The notes beneath the pieces were generated by a model. The model was not told where the DNA came from. It was given only the letters and a program-made list of their open reading frames with translations, and ran no database searches. This document shows positions 1 through 10,296 of a stretch of 64,000 nt of DNA, one piece after another; the stretch's first letter is position 1; each line of letters opens with the position of its first letter. Both the position numbers and the translations under genes were made by a program. Source of the DNA: an uncultured Cytophagia bacterium. Its GTDB lineage: Bacteria; Zhuqueibacterota; Zhuqueibacteria; Oleimicrobiales; Geothermoviventaceae. Where the stretch lies: positions 89,664 to 153,663 of the forward strand of contig CAZXXS010000097.1 in NCBI GenBank assembly GCA_964644845.1, written 5' to 3'.

Positions 1-1031
1 GCGAGAGCTCCCTGAAAAAGGTGCTGGAGCCGCGTTCTCACTGGATCATGAACACCGTCCAGAACGCTGAGTTCATTTCGCCAAGTGGGCTTCACGTTCT
101 GGTGCACGTGGGCAGCGACCGCGGTTTCGTGCTCAACCGGAAGATTTTCGACTACGAGCTTGCCCAGATGGCGGCCGACGCGGGTGCGGAAATCTGGACG
201 AAGGCCTACGTGTACGGTCTGCTGCGCGACGACAGGGGCCGCGTGGCTGGGGTAAAGGTGCGACACATTGGTCGGGAGGTGGAGGTTGCGGCAAAGGTGG
301 TGATTGGTGCGGACGGCGTCGAATCGCGCGTGGGGCGTTGGGCCGGCCTCAAGACGCTTACGAAAATGCACGACATGGAAACCTGCGTGCAGGTGACGGC
401 CGCACGTGTGGATGCCGAAACGGATCGCTTTTACTTCTTTTTCGGCAGTCAGGTGGCACCCGGAGGCTACGCCTGGGTCTTCCCGAAGGGCAATGGGCTG
501 GCGAATGTGGGTCTCGGGCTCTCGGGCGATTTCTCGGCTACCCGAAAGCCGATTGACTACCTGCAGGACTTGCTCAACAAGCACTTCCCAGGTGCTGCTG
601 TTCTGACAACGGTTGCCGGCGGGGTCCCGTGCTCGGGTACGGTGGAGAAACTGGTAACGGACGGCTTAATGCTCGTTGGCGACGCCGCACACCAGGCCAA
701 TCCGGTTTCCGGAGGCGGCATCGCGCCTGGCATGATTGCAGGCAAGATTGCGGGGCGTGTGGCTGCCGAGGCCGTGCGCGACGGTGACGTGTCCGAAAAG
801 CGCCTTCGCAAGTACGTGAAGGAATGGGATCGCGAGGTTGGTAAGACCCACCGGCTGTTTTACCGAATCAAAGAAGGCATTTTTCGACTGACAGATGAGG
901 AGCTGGACCGAACAGCCAGGGCGCTGCAGGGTCTGGCCCCGGACGAAATCACGCTGAAGCGCATGTTTCGGGTTGCGCTGATGAAACAGCCAAAACTGCT
1001 TCTGGACGTAGCCCGCGTTTTCGTTGGGTGA
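1..1031 (+). CDS. Geranylgeranyl reductase family FAD-dependent oxidoreductase (5' end outside window)
   Basis: Reading frame stays open to the window edge (first in-window Met at 21). The N-terminal GxGxxG FAD motif is missing, consistent with truncation. Conserved GGR core present (VIGADGVESRVGRWAGL, FFGSQVAPGGYAWVFPKG, VGDAAHQANPVSGGGI). Stop at 1029-1031. Confidence 0.7.
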   Translation, partial: ESSLKKVLEPRSHWIMNTVQNAEFISPSGLHVLVHVGSDRGFVLNRKIFDYELAQMAADAGAEIWTKAYVYGLLRDDRGRVAGVKVRHIGREVEVAAKVVIGADGVESRVGRWAGLKTLTKMHDMETCVQVTAARVDAETDRFYFFFGSQVAPGGYAWVFPKGNGLANVGLGLSGDFSATRKPIDYLQDLLNKHFPGAAVLTTVAGGVPCSGTVEKLVTDGLMLVGDAAHQANPVSGGGIAPGMIAGKIAGRVAAEAVRDGDVSEKRLRKYVKEWDREVGKTHRLFYRIKEGIFRLTDEELDRTARALQGLAPDEITLKRMFRVALMKQPKLLLDVARVFVG

Positions 1032-1049
1032 GCCAGGGAAGGGCCAACT

Positions 1050-1664
1050 GTGACGCAGAAGAGAGTGTTCACAATTCCGAATTTGCTGACACTGACGCGT
1101 CTGGCGCTGTTCGTTCCGACCGCATCGTCGGTGGTGCGCGGTGGTGTAAAAGGCAATTTGCAGGCAGCGTTTTTTCTCGCTTTGATGGCTTTGACGGACA
1201 TTCTGGACGGCTACATTGCCCGGCACTACCACCAGAAAAGCGAACTCGGACGTGTGCTGGATCCAGTGGTCGACAAAATTTGTGTGGGTGGACTTTTCGT
1301 GCTACTGGCCTGGCAACGGGCCTTGCCGCTCTGGCTTGTGGGCCTTGTCCTGGGGCGGGATGTTTTGATCCTGCTTGCCGGGCTCTTCATCCTCAGTCGC
1401 TACAAACGCGTCACGGAGTCGACCGTAATTGGCAAAGCTGCGGTTGCCGTACTCATTGCCACCGTCTTTGTGTTCTTGTTCGACATTGAGCCGTTGAAAC
1501 TGGTTAGCATCTACGCGTCGGCAATTGGTGTTGTGGTGAGTGGCGTGGCTTACACGGTCAGGTTTGTGGGCGTGCTTCGTGGCAAAATCCCTGTGCCACC
1601 GGCACAGGCGACGGCCGAGTTGCCCGAACAAGGCGAAATCCTACCCGTTGAATCGGCAAAGTGA
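1050..1664 (+). CDS. CDP-alcohol phosphatidyltransferase family protein
   Basis: GTG start with SD agggaagg 19 nt after the GGR stop. Perfect CDP-OH-P-transferase motif D-G-x2-A-R-x8-G-x3-D-x3-D (DILDGYIARHYHQKSELGRVLDPVVDK). Multiple hydrophobic segments, as expected for a membrane enzyme. Confidence 0.75.
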   Translation: MTQKRVFTIPNLLTLTRLALFVPTASSVVRGGVKGNLQAAFFLALMALTDILDGYIARHYHQKSELGRVLDPVVDKICVGGLFVLLAWQRALPLWLVGLVLGRDVLILLAGLFILSRYKRVTESTVIGKAAVAVLIATVFVFLFDIEPLKLVSIYASAIGVVVSGVAYTVRFVGVLRGKIPVPPAQATAELPEQGEILPVESAK

Positions 1665-1684
1665 CGGCAGTGAGTGAGGCTTAA

Positions 1685-2584
1685 GTGAATCTGTTCTCGA
1701 AATTTGCGAAGGGGCTGGAGAAAACGCGTTCCGGCTTGCTCGGGAACGTGGGCAAGCTGTTGAAGGGTAGATCTGCCGTCAGCGACGACGAGCTCGAAGA
1801 ACTTGAAGAAATGCTGATTGCTGGCGACGTGGGGCCCGAGCTGACTGAAATTCTGCTGGAGCGATTGCGTAAGGCAGCGGACTCGGGATCTGGCGACCTG
1901 CTGGAGGTGTTGCGTCAGGAGGTAGAAACGCTGCTCGGTCGCTCCAGCCGGCAGGGTCTGCCCTGGGAGGAACGTCCGCACGTGATCATGGTTGTAGGCG
2001 TGAACGGGAGTGGCAAGACGACCACAATTGGTAAGCTTGCAGCTCGGTACACAAGCCAGGGTAAGAAAGTGCTGCTGGCGGCAGCCGACACGTTTCGGGC
2101 AGCGGCAGGCGACCAGCTCGAGATCTGGGCGGAACGGGCTGGGGCCCAGATTGTTCGCTCCAAAGCGGGTGCGGACCCGGCGGCCGTGGCCTACGACGCG
2201 GTGGTGGCCGGCCAGGCCCGTGGGGTGGATGTGGTGATCATCGACACTGCTGGTAGGTTGCACACGAAAAAGAACCTGATGGAAGAACTGCGGAAAGTTC
2301 ATCGGGTCATCGGTAAGGCCATGCCGGGAGCTCCACACGAAGTGTTGCTTGTGCTGGACGCTACAGTGGGCCAAAACGCTCTTGCTCAAGCCCGGCATTT
2401 TGCTGACGCCGTTGGTGTCACGGGGCTTGTTGTAGCGAAGCTTGACGGTACGGCCAAAGGCGGTGCCATCCTGCCGGTTGTTCACGAGCTTGGCATCCCG
2501 CCTCAGTACGTTGGCGTTGGCGAAGGCATCGACGATCTGGTGGATTTTGATCCGAAAACGTTTGCAGAGGCGCTGTTCACGTAG
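1685..2584 (+). CDS. ftsY: Signal recognition particle receptor FtsY (NG domain only)
   Basis: GTG start. SRP-GTPase motifs [20 protein letters not shown] (P-loop), [18 protein letters not shown]. Short form without the acidic A domain. Confidence 0.9.
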   Translation: MNLFSKFAKGLEKTRSGLLGNVGKLLKGRSAVSDDELEELEEMLIAGDVGPELTEILLERLRKAADSGSGDLLEVLRQEVETLLGRSSRQGLPWEERPHVIMVVGVNGSGKTTTIGKLAARYTSQGKKVLLAAADTFRAAAGDQLEIWAERAGAQIVRSKAGADPAAVAYDAVVAGQARGVDVVIIDTAGRLHTKKNLMEELRKVHRVIGKAMPGAPHEVLLVLDATVGQNALAQARHFADAVGVTGLVVAKLDGTAKGGAILPVVHELGIPPQYVGVGEGIDDLVDFDPKTFAEALFT

Positions 2585-2723
2585 GCCACCCATGTCGGGG
2601 CGTCGCTGGTCTGTCTGTGGGCGAGTCCGGCAGGTAACCGACGGGTGGCTCTGGCTCGGTTCGAACGCGACCTCGGTTTCCGCTGTGGGGTGGGTGGAGG
2701 AGAGAGTCCTTAGAATGGGTTGA

Positions 2724-4061
2724 TTGGAAATGGCGGTGAAGGTTTACCTGGAAAATCTCGGTTGCGCCAAAAATCAGGTGGACGCTGAGTGGATTCTGGC
2801 GCGACTTGCGCGCGGGGGTGCTGAAATCGTAAGACGCCCCGAAGAGGCGGACGCGATTTTGGTGAACACGTGCTCGTTCATCGAAGCGGCGCGGGAGGAG
2901 TCGGTAGAAACAATCCTCGAACTGGCCGAGTTAAAGAAGCGCGGCAAAGGGAAAAAGCTGTTCGTCACGGGATGTCTGGCTCAGCGTTACAGAGAGGAGC
3001 TGCGCAAAGCGCTTCCTGAAGCTGATGCGGTGGTTGAGACTGTGGAGCCGCTGGAGACGGCGCAGTGTGTGGCCAGGGAGCTTGGTCTGACGGTTCCCGG
3101 TTCACCCGTGTGGTACGCGGAACGCTGGCGACTCAACCCCCGGCATTTCGCCTACTTGAAATTGGCGGAAGGTTGCGACAATCGTTGTACTTTTTGCGCC
3201 ATCCCGCTGATCAAGGGGCGATTCCGCAGCCGACCTTTGTCGGAGGTACTGGCGGAAGCCAGCTCTCTTGTGGCCAAGGGGGCGAAAGAGCTTCTGCTCG
3301 TTGCTCAGGACACAACCTACTACGGCCGCGACGTGGGCCACCCCGAGTGGTTGGTGGATTTGCTGGACGGGCTCGGTGAGATCGACGGGCTCGAATGGAT
3401 TCGTGTTCTTTACACCTACCCGCGTTACCTGACTGACGCCCTTGTGAAGGCAATGGCAGAGAACCCGAAGGTGTGCCGGTACATCGATTTGCCGGTTCAA
3501 CACGGGTCGGATGCAGTACTGCGCCGAATGGGGCGTGGCACTCCGGTAGAAAGTTTGAAAAGGTGGATTGAAAAGCTCCGCCAAAGGATTCCAGAACTGG
3601 TCATCCGGAGCACGGTTCTGGTAGGGTTTCCGGGAGAGACGGAAGCGGAATTCCAGGCGCTACTGGACTTTCTCGACTGGGCGCAGTTTGAGCGGCTGGG
3701 TGTGTTTGGCTTTTCGCCCGAGGAAGGCACGAGAGCCTGGACGCTGCCGGGGCGGGTCCCCGAAGAAACGATTCGCGAGCGTGTGAACGAAGTCATGCGG
3801 CTGCACGAGAAGAATGCCTCAGAGTGGGGTCAAAACCAGGTTGGGAGAAGGTTGCGTGTCCTGGTGGACGGGCGTGACCAAGAGAGTGGCCTGTGGGTGG
3901 CGCGTACGGAGTGGGATGCGCCTGAGATTGACCACGTCGTTTGGCTGGATGAACCGGTGCAGGAGGGCTGCTTTGTAGAGGTTGAGATCGAAGAAGCTTT
4001 GCCGTACGAACTTTTTGGCACTCCAGCCCCGGCGGAAAAGCTGGAGCCTGTAGTGGCGTGA
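2724..4061 (+). CDS. rimO: Ribosomal protein S12 methylthiotransferase RimO (radical SAM MTTase with TRAM domain)
   Basis: N-terminal MTTase domain (KVYLENLGCAKNQVDAE). Radical-SAM CxxxCxxC (EGCDNRCTFCAIP). RimO-like VGFPGETEAEFQALLDFL and C-terminal TRAM (DAPEIDHVVWL). Overall collinear with E. coli RimO rather than MiaB. Confidence 0.8.
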   Translation: MEMAVKVYLENLGCAKNQVDAEWILARLARGGAEIVRRPEEADAILVNTCSFIEAAREESVETILELAELKKRGKGKKLFVTGCLAQRYREELRKALPEADAVVETVEPLETAQCVARELGLTVPGSPVWYAERWRLNPRHFAYLKLAEGCDNRCTFCAIPLIKGRFRSRPLSEVLAEASSLVAKGAKELLLVAQDTTYYGRDVGHPEWLVDLLDGLGEIDGLEWIRVLYTYPRYLTDALVKAMAENPKVCRYIDLPVQHGSDAVLRRMGRGTPVESLKRWIEKLRQRIPELVIRSTVLVGFPGETEAEFQALLDFLDWAQFERLGVFGFSPEEGTRAWTLPGRVPEETIRERVNEVMRLHEKNASEWGQNQVGRRLRVLVDGRDQESGLWVARTEWDAPEIDHVVWLDEPVQEGCFVEVEIEEALPYELFGTPAPAEKLEPVVA

Positions 4062-4092
4062 GGACACGCTCACCCGGGAGTTGCGAGTAGCA

Positions 4093-4108
4093 GGCGGGAC
4101 ATCCCGCC
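4093..4108 (+). terminator. Small GC hairpin (ggcggg-acat-cccgcc) followed by a weak T tract, between rimO and the next gene
   Basis: Read directly from the sequence. It lies immediately upstream of the SD aggaggtggtgag of the 4127 gene. Weak U-run, so it may be an attenuator or weak terminator. Confidence 0.3.
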
Positions 4109-4126
4109 ATTTCAGGAGGTGGTGAG

Positions 4127-5425
4127 ATGTTTACCAAACGTTTCTTGAGCGCTGGTGCGCTGCTTGTTTTCGTGCTGACCACTGGCTGGTCGATCGCCAA
4201 GGGTCAGGTAGAAATGAGCGGCCTGCGCGACGAGGGTATCCCCGTTTTTCACTACGACGTCGTGGGTTTGGCCAGTCCGGTGGACACCAGTCTGTCCCGT
4301 GCCAACATTTACGTGAAGGTTGCGTACGACGAGCTCTCCTTCGTGAAAGTGGACACGGGCTACCAGGCCCGTTACGAGCTTTCGATTGTCCTCTTCGACA
4401 GCCACGGCGATCAGGCTGCGGGCAAGATCATCGAACGAAAGGTTTTCGTGAAGGACTACGACCAGACCAACTCACGGACCGATTTCGACATGGCCCGGGC
4501 TTCGTTTGATCTGAAACCAGCGGAGTACCGCCTGTCCATCGGTTTGATGGATCTTGAGACCCGCAAGACCGGCAGTCGAAAGACCAAGTTTGTGCTGCGA
4601 GATTTCATGCACAAGCCTTTGGCTGTAAGCGACGTTACGCTGGCCACGTCGGTGGAGAGCGATTCGCTTGGAATCCGCTCGTACAGTCCGGAGGTTTCTG
4701 ACGCTCAACAAGGTGTGCGAAAAAACCTGCTGGCCTACTACGAAATTTACAATCACAAGGGTTCCGATTCGGTTCAGGTTGAGTACGTTGTCCGCAACGC
4801 TCACAACGAGAAGGTCAGCAAGGGCCGCTTGTGGAAACAGACGCCGGGCGTACGGACGAAGGCAGTGTTGGACCTTCACTCGATGAAACTTCAGCCAGGC
4901 AAGTACCTGCTGCGCCTGACGGTTAGAGACGGTCACGACCGGGATTTCACCGAGAAGATGTTCAACGCCAACTGGTCCGGCTTACCAGCCACAATTTCGG
5001 ATCTCGAGCTTGCCATCGATCAGTTGCGTTACATTGCCACGAGTGAGGAATTCAAGGCGTTGAAAAAGGCGCCACCGGAGAAGAAGCTGAAGCTGTTCAA
5101 AGAGTTCTGGGCCAAACGGGATCCCACACCGGGAACCCCTGAAAACGAGGCGATGGAGGAGCACTACCGGCGGGTCCAGTACGCCAACGAGAATTTCAAA
5201 GGTTTCCAGGAAGGGTGGAAGACGGACATGGGGATGGTTTACATCATCCTGGGGCCACCGGACGACATCGAACGGCATCCGTTTGAAATCGACAGCAAAC
5301 CCTACGAGATCTGGTACTACTACCACATCAACCGGCAGTTCATTTTTGTGGATGAAAACGGCTTCGGTGAGTACCGTCTCTACAACCCGTACGAACTCTG
5401 GGACTGGCAGCGCTTGCAGCGGTAG
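4127..5425 (+). CDS. GWxTD domain-containing secreted protein
   Basis: Strong SD (aggaggtggtgag) and signal peptide. C-terminal GWKTDMGMVYIILGPPDDIERHPFE...EIWYY matches the GWxTD domain signature. Confidence 0.6.
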   Translation: MFTKRFLSAGALLVFVLTTGWSIAKGQVEMSGLRDEGIPVFHYDVVGLASPVDTSLSRANIYVKVAYDELSFVKVDTGYQARYELSIVLFDSHGDQAAGKIIERKVFVKDYDQTNSRTDFDMARASFDLKPAEYRLSIGLMDLETRKTGSRKTKFVLRDFMHKPLAVSDVTLATSVESDSLGIRSYSPEVSDAQQGVRKNLLAYYEIYNHKGSDSVQVEYVVRNAHNEKVSKGRLWKQTPGVRTKAVLDLHSMKLQPGKYLLRLTVRDGHDRDFTEKMFNANWSGLPATISDLELAIDQLRYIATSEEFKALKKAPPEKKLKLFKEFWAKRDPTPGTPENEAMEEHYRRVQYANENFKGFQEGWKTDMGMVYIILGPPDDIERHPFEIDSKPYEIWYYYHINRQFIFVDENGFGEYRLYNPYELWDWQRLQR

Positions 5426-5634
5426 GCGGTTCCGGCGGTTTTTGGGCTGGGAGGGTGCTGCGCGACAAAATTGATTGACGTCCACTTCAGGGGACAGCGC
5501 AGGGATGCCTTCGCTGTCCCTTTTTGCGTCGTGGGGACACCGCACGCTCGAGCGGTAGAAACAATTTCTTCTCAGAAGCGCAGAATTGCAACGTGGAAGG
5601 AGCAACCGGGAAACAACAGCGGAAAGGGAGAGGC

Positions 5635-6582
5635 ATGCCGAAACCAACAGGTCTCAAGCCAGGCGACACAATTGGGATTGTGGCGCCCGGGAGCCCCATG
5701 TCGCCCGAGCGTCTGGAGAGGGGGGTAGACTACCTTGAGAAGCGGGGGTACAGGGTTGTCCTCGGCAGACATGTGCGGAAACAGCGGGGTTACCTGGCAG
5801 GCGACGACGTGGACAGGGCGTTTGATCTGGAGCAGATGTTCCGCGATCCGGACGTCCGCGCGATTTTTTGCGCCAGGGGCGGCTACGGCACTCAGCGTCT
5901 GCTGGATTTGATCGATTACGAGGTTGTGGCAGCGAATCCCAAAATCTTTGTCGGTTACAGCGACATCACAGCGTTGCAACTCGCTTTCTGGGGGAGAGCA
6001 GGTCTGGTTAGCTACTCGGGTCCGATGCCCGCTGTGGAAATGGGTTCGGGCATTGACCCGTTTACTGAGCTGGTCTTCTGGCAGACACTGGAGGGCGGCG
6101 GGCTTTCGGGGGCGCTACCTCTGCCTGAAGGACATGAGGTGCAGGTGTTGAGGTCCGGCAAGGGTCGGGGCCCGCTGATTGGGGGCTGTCTGTCGCTGGT
6201 CGCCACACTGCTTGGCACGCCGTACGCGCCGGACTTCACCGGCGCGGTGCTCTTCTTGGAGGACGTCGGCGAGGAACCTTACAGGCTGGACCGCTACCTG
6301 GCCCAGCTCCGCCTCGCCGGAGTCTTCGACCGCGTGGACGGGGTCGTTCTTGGTCAGTTTTTGGACGCGGAGCCCCGTGGAGATTCGCCCAGTCTTTCTG
6401 TGCAGGAGGTGCTACGCGACTACTTTGAACGCCTGCACGTACCGGTTCTGGCGAATTTCCCCTACGGGCACGGAGCCGTGAAAGTGACCATGCCCGTGGG
6501 AATTCAAGTGGAGCTCGACACGGAGAAGCGGGAAGTCCGGCTTTTGGAGCCGACAGTGCGACCCGCCGCATCTGAAGTTTGA
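5635..6582 (+). CDS. ldcA: LD-carboxypeptidase (peptidase S66, muramoyl-tetrapeptide carboxypeptidase LdcA-like)
   Basis: Start moved to ATG 5635 behind SD ggaaagggagagg; the ORF-track start at 5524 has no SD. S66 hallmarks: IGIVAPGSP, ARGGYGTQRLLDLIDYE, GYSDITALQLAF, GPM. Confidence 0.8.
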   Translation: MPKPTGLKPGDTIGIVAPGSPMSPERLERGVDYLEKRGYRVVLGRHVRKQRGYLAGDDVDRAFDLEQMFRDPDVRAIFCARGGYGTQRLLDLIDYEVVAANPKIFVGYSDITALQLAFWGRAGLVSYSGPMPAVEMGSGIDPFTELVFWQTLEGGGLSGALPLPEGHEVQVLRSGKGRGPLIGGCLSLVATLLGTPYAPDFTGAVLFLEDVGEEPYRLDRYLAQLRLAGVFDRVDGVVLGQFLDAEPRGDSPSLSVQEVLRDYFERLHVPVLANFPYGHGAVKVTMPVGIQVELDTEKREVRLLEPTVRPAASEV

Positions 6583-6593
6583 CGTCATTCCCC

Positions 6594-6630
6594 GAAGAAG
6601 GCTCCGCCAACCGGGGCCTTCTTCGATTTT
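6594..6630 (+). terminator. Rho-independent terminator after ldcA
   Basis: 9-bp stem gaagaaggc/gccttcttc with a 13-nt loop, followed by gattttgggtttcttg. Confidence 0.55.
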
Positions 6631-6844
6631 GGGTTTCTTGCTGTTTCAGGAACTGTGCCTTTCGGTCTTCGGCTGTGCTCAAGGCGCAGGCGGGCGGAGT
6701 CACTGCTTGGGAAGCAGAGCCAACGTAACTGGGGAGCCGAACGAAGAAGGCAGGCCGAACGTGAGCGTACGGCGATGTTCGCCGTCTGTTTGCGCCAAAC
6801 ACGGCAATTTCTGGGAGAACGGAGTCGACGCTGAGGAGGCGGGC

Positions 6845-9118
6845 ATGAGAACGAGCTGGCGTACGCCCTGTGTGGTTGCCATCGTTGTTCTTTTTGCAGT
6901 CGCTGCTTTGGCCGAATCATCGCCGGACCGCAGCTCGAAGATGTCGCTTCAAGCGAAGGCCGATCTTTTCTACCAGAACCTGCTGGACAGGCATTTGATC
7001 GACGGTTTATTCACGAGCCACGTGGAGCTGCTTCCGGGCGGCGAGGTGGACCACACGACCACCGGCATTTGCGACGTGGCTCATGCAGCCTGCTGGACGG
7101 GGCGCTACCTGGCTGGCGTGGGCTACTGGTACGCTGTCACCAAGGATTCCTCTGTGCAACAGCACGGCCAGCTGATCCTGGACGCACTGGCCCGGTTGCA
7201 CCACATGACCGGTGTGCCCGGTTTGCTGGCGCGCGGCTACGTCAAGGGGCACGGGCCCTCTTACGAAGAGCGATTTCACGAAGCGCACCAGGATGAGTGG
7301 CACCAGGGTGTGAGGCCCTACCAGGACTACCGTTGGCGCGGCGACGTGAGCGTGGACAACTACAACGGGGTGTTGTTTGGCTACGCAGTGTACTACGACC
7401 TCGCCGCTTCGGAGCAGCAGCGGAGGCAGATTCGAGAGGAAGTGCGAGCGTTGCTCACGCACATCGTGGAGCATGGCATGCGGATTGTTGACGTCGACAG
7501 TCAGGTGACTGAGTGGGGACGCTGGCTGCACGATCCCTCTCATTTTGGCAAGCTCCCCCGGGGGCGAATGCGCCAGTTTTCGGCTGTACTTGCTTTGGCC
7601 GCACTGAAGGTCGGCGAACACATCACGGGCGAGCCCAGATTTGCGCGGAAGTACAGGGAGCTGGTCCGTCAGTACAAGATCCGCGACGTAGAGAACCTCC
7701 CCGAAATTGCGTACAACCCGGGCATCAGTGCCTCCGATGCCTGCATGTACCTGGAGTCGCTGTACAACCTTTGCCGCCTGGAACAAGACAAAGAGCTGGT
7801 GAAGAATTACACGCTGTTACTCAGAAATCTCTACCGGTTCTTCCAGGGGCATGGGAACACCTTTTTCGATTTTGTGTACGCTGCCGCGGTGGGGGATACC
7901 AGTCAGATCGCTGATGGATTGCAGACCCTTCGCCTTTTTCCGACGGACCGGGTAGTCAAACCGGTGATGCTGAGCCTGGATCCACAGTGGGCCCGCTACA
8001 AAGGCGGAGTGTTGCCCATCAACGTGAGACCACTCGACAACGAGTACGAGTGGAAAAACGATGGCAAACAGCTGGATGGCTGGCTTGCTGAGCGGATTGT
8101 CTCGCTGGATTTGGCCCCGGAAGACCCCGTGGTTCGCTTGGTTGTGTCGGACCAGGGGCAGATTTACCGCTCTCTGGATGGCGGGCTACACTGGGAAAAT
8201 GTGTCCAACGGGCTGAACGGCGCTTCGGTTCGGCGGGCCGTTTTTTCCGGCCGGAGATTGCGGATCGTGTACGCAGCATCGGACCGAGGTGTGTACCGCA
8301 GTCTGGATGGAGGGTTGACGTGGGAACTGAAGAACCTCGGTTTGCGCTCAAGGGATGTTCAAACGATTTTCAGGCTGCTGTCGGATCCCGAAGTGCTTGT
8401 GGCCGTGACGAACGAAGGCGTGTACGAATCTCTGGATCGAGCCGAGCAGTGGGTGGACATTTCAGCCGGCCTGACGTCGAGAGAAAACCTGAAAGTGACT
8501 CCGCTAAACGCCCCTGTACCCACGCTTCTGGCTGTTTCCCGAAATGTGGTGTTCCTTCGGTCGGGTGACGGTGCCTGGCAGCAGGTGGCAGAGCTCGAAC
8601 CGCGTTTCCTGCGCGTGACTTCTCTGGCTTACGACCCCCACCGCGCCTACACCGTGTACGCAGCCACAAACGAGTTCGGCGTGCTCAAAAGCGAGGACGG
8701 CGGCAGAACGTGGCAGACGTTACACTGGCGGTACGTTTTCGACCAGCCTGTTCTTTCGGTCGCTGTGGCTTACCACCGGCCCAACACACTGTACGCAGCT
8801 CGAAAGGACGGCGTTTGGGTCACTTACGACGGTGGGAAACACTGGACAAAAACCACGGACGGGCTGGACATTCCCTCTGCGGATGCTGTGTTCACAAGCC
8901 CGCTGGAACCACTTGTGTGGGCCAGCACTCCGGCTGGACTGTACGCAAGTGCCAGGCCGGAGCTCGGCTGGCGTTTCGCCAATTTGCGGGTGATTGAGCG
9001 ACACAGCCCCAATCGATTTGAAGTTGGAGGGGTCGACTACCTAATGGCTTACTGGATGGGGCGCTACTACGGTTTCATCAGCCCGGAGGAGGCCGCCCGG
9101 TCTCCCCTTGGGCAGTAG
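6845..9118 (+). CDS. Secreted protein with C-terminal BNR/Asp-box (Ycf48/sortilin-like) beta-propeller repeats
   Basis: Start moved to ATG 6845 (SD gaggagg; signal peptide MRTSWRTPCVVAIVVLFAVAALA). Repeated Asp-boxes: SLDGGLHWENV, SLDGGLTWELK, SEDGGRTWQTL, TYDGGKHWTKT. N-terminal domain is not confidently assignable. Confidence 0.5.
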   Translation: MRTSWRTPCVVAIVVLFAVAALAESSPDRSSKMSLQAKADLFYQNLLDRHLIDGLFTSHVELLPGGEVDHTTTGICDVAHAACWTGRYLAGVGYWYAVTKDSSVQQHGQLILDALARLHHMTGVPGLLARGYVKGHGPSYEERFHEAHQDEWHQGVRPYQDYRWRGDVSVDNYNGVLFGYAVYYDLAASEQQRRQIREEVRALLTHIVEHGMRIVDVDSQVTEWGRWLHDPSHFGKLPRGRMRQFSAVLALAALKVGEHITGEPRFARKYRELVRQYKIRDVENLPEIAYNPGISASDACMYLESLYNLCRLEQDKELVKNYTLLLRNLYRFFQGHGNTFFDFVYAAAVGDTSQIADGLQTLRLFPTDRVVKPVMLSLDPQWARYKGGVLPINVRPLDNEYEWKNDGKQLDGWLAERIVSLDLAPEDPVVRLVVSDQGQIYRSLDGGLHWENVSNGLNGASVRRAVFSGRRLRIVYAASDRGVYRSLDGGLTWELKNLGLRSRDVQTIFRLLSDPEVLVAVTNEGVYESLDRAEQWVDISAGLTSRENLKVTPLNAPVPTLLAVSRNVVFLRSGDGAWQQVAELEPRFLRVTSLAYDPHRAYTVYAATNEFGVLKSEDGGRTWQTLHWRYVFDQPVLSVAVAYHRPNTLYAARKDGVWVTYDGGKHWTKTTDGLDIPSADAVFTSPLEPLVWASTPAGLYASARPELGWRFANLRVIERHSPNRFEVGGVDYLMAYWMGRYYGFISPEEAARSPLGQ

Positions 9119-9383
9119 GCAAATGGCGTTTGCTCGAACTGCCGGGCTCTGGTTTGTACCCGCAAGAACCCGCCCGGAGAATGGGGGAACCCAGGACCGT
9201 CGTTCCTCACAGTTGGGGGCGGAGCTCGAGCTCGTGCTTGCGAGCACACGGAGCGCCGTGGTCGGGTCCCCGCACGGACGTTCGGATTCGGAACGCTGAC
9301 GTTGCCGCGTGCGGTGCGTAGGTCCGGACCAGTGGCAAGGCTCGAAGGAGGAGGCGGGTTCACGCTGAGTGCCGTTTTTCGGC

Positions 9384-9428
9384 CGGAAAAGAAAACGCCA
9401 GGACGCCACCTGCGTGGCATGCCTGGCG
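9384..9428 (-). terminator. Rho-independent terminator downstream of the 9461-9787 lipoprotein gene
   Basis: Nested GC hairpin cgccagg-a-cgccac-ctgc-gtggc-atg-cctggcg on the plus strand, preceded by gaaaagaaaa. This gives a U tract after the hairpin on the minus-strand transcript. Confidence 0.55.
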
Positions 9429-9460
9429 CTCGAGCCCGCAAAAGAAGTTGGAGGATCAGC

Positions 9461-9787
9461 TCACGAAGCTGGGCTCTTGTTCGTGATTTTCTCCACGCCC
9501 AGTTGACGCAGAATCGCGTGGACCGAGTCGATGGTGCCCATCGGCACGTTTGCCGCCGGTTGCAACGTGACGACCGCCGTGCTGTCGCAACCCTTGGCTT
9601 TCAGAACAACGGCCAGGCTGTCGAGTGGCACCGTGTGGCCTTCCACGGAGACGGTGCTGTCGTTGAGGACGGTCACCGTGAAAGTCTTGGTGGCCGCCGG
9701 TGCCTGCTGGGTTTCTTGCTTCTGACTGCAAGAAACCATGACCACAAGCCCAAGAATCAGCGCGAGGCTCAGTCCTTTCCCTCTCAT
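9461..9787 (-). CDS. Small lipoprotein (hypothetical; weak ExbD-periplasmic-domain-like C terminus)
   Basis: Strong SD (gaaggaggg) and signal peptide with lipobox LVVMVSC. 108 aa. Confidence 0.5.
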   Translation of the reverse strand: MRGKGLSLALILGLVVMVSCSQKQETQQAPAATKTFTVTVLNDSTVSVEGHTVPLDSLAVVLKAKGCDSTAVVTLQPAANVPMGTIDSVHAILRQLGVEKITNKSPAS

Positions 9788-10296
9788 CGCTGCCCTCCTT
9801 CGCTTCTAACCCGTTCCCCATTGAACCGGGATGGCTACCCACGTGGACCGTCGGATCGGTTTGGGCCAGTCCCGAGCTCGTTCTGAACTTCTCCTCCAAG
9901 ATCCGATCTCGGAGATGGACGCGCTGAAGCCCGCTCCCCGGAGCCAGTCCGCACAACACCGGCAAGAAACGTAAAAGACGCGGCTGCTTCACGGTTTCGA
10001 CTGAGTTTACCACGTGCGGTGTGTAGGCAGACAGGTTCCCTCGCCTGCTTTTTGATTTTGGCATGCGGCTGCCGCTGACCCGGGGAATGGCCCGAAAAAA
10101 CGGGGTTTCCCCATCGAATCGGGTTGGCACGTGCGTAAGCTGCTGTACCACCACGTTTTACACGCGCTAATCCGCACTGGGGTTCAACGATTTTTCCGGG
10201 GTGGGTTTTGCGAACGGACAGGACCTCCTCTGACCGTTGCGAGGACTTACTCTGGGTCGCGTCAGGCCCCCGGATTCCGACGGCGAGTGATGCCGC

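Noticed and set aside
6629-6844. ORF-track N-terminal extensions of several genes (6629, 5524, 17594, 28355, 34959, 53298, 55695, 58125, 26151-28025)
   Set aside because: The extensions lack SD sequences and signal-peptide logic. Internal starts with good SD plus signal peptides or homologue-matching N termini were preferred.
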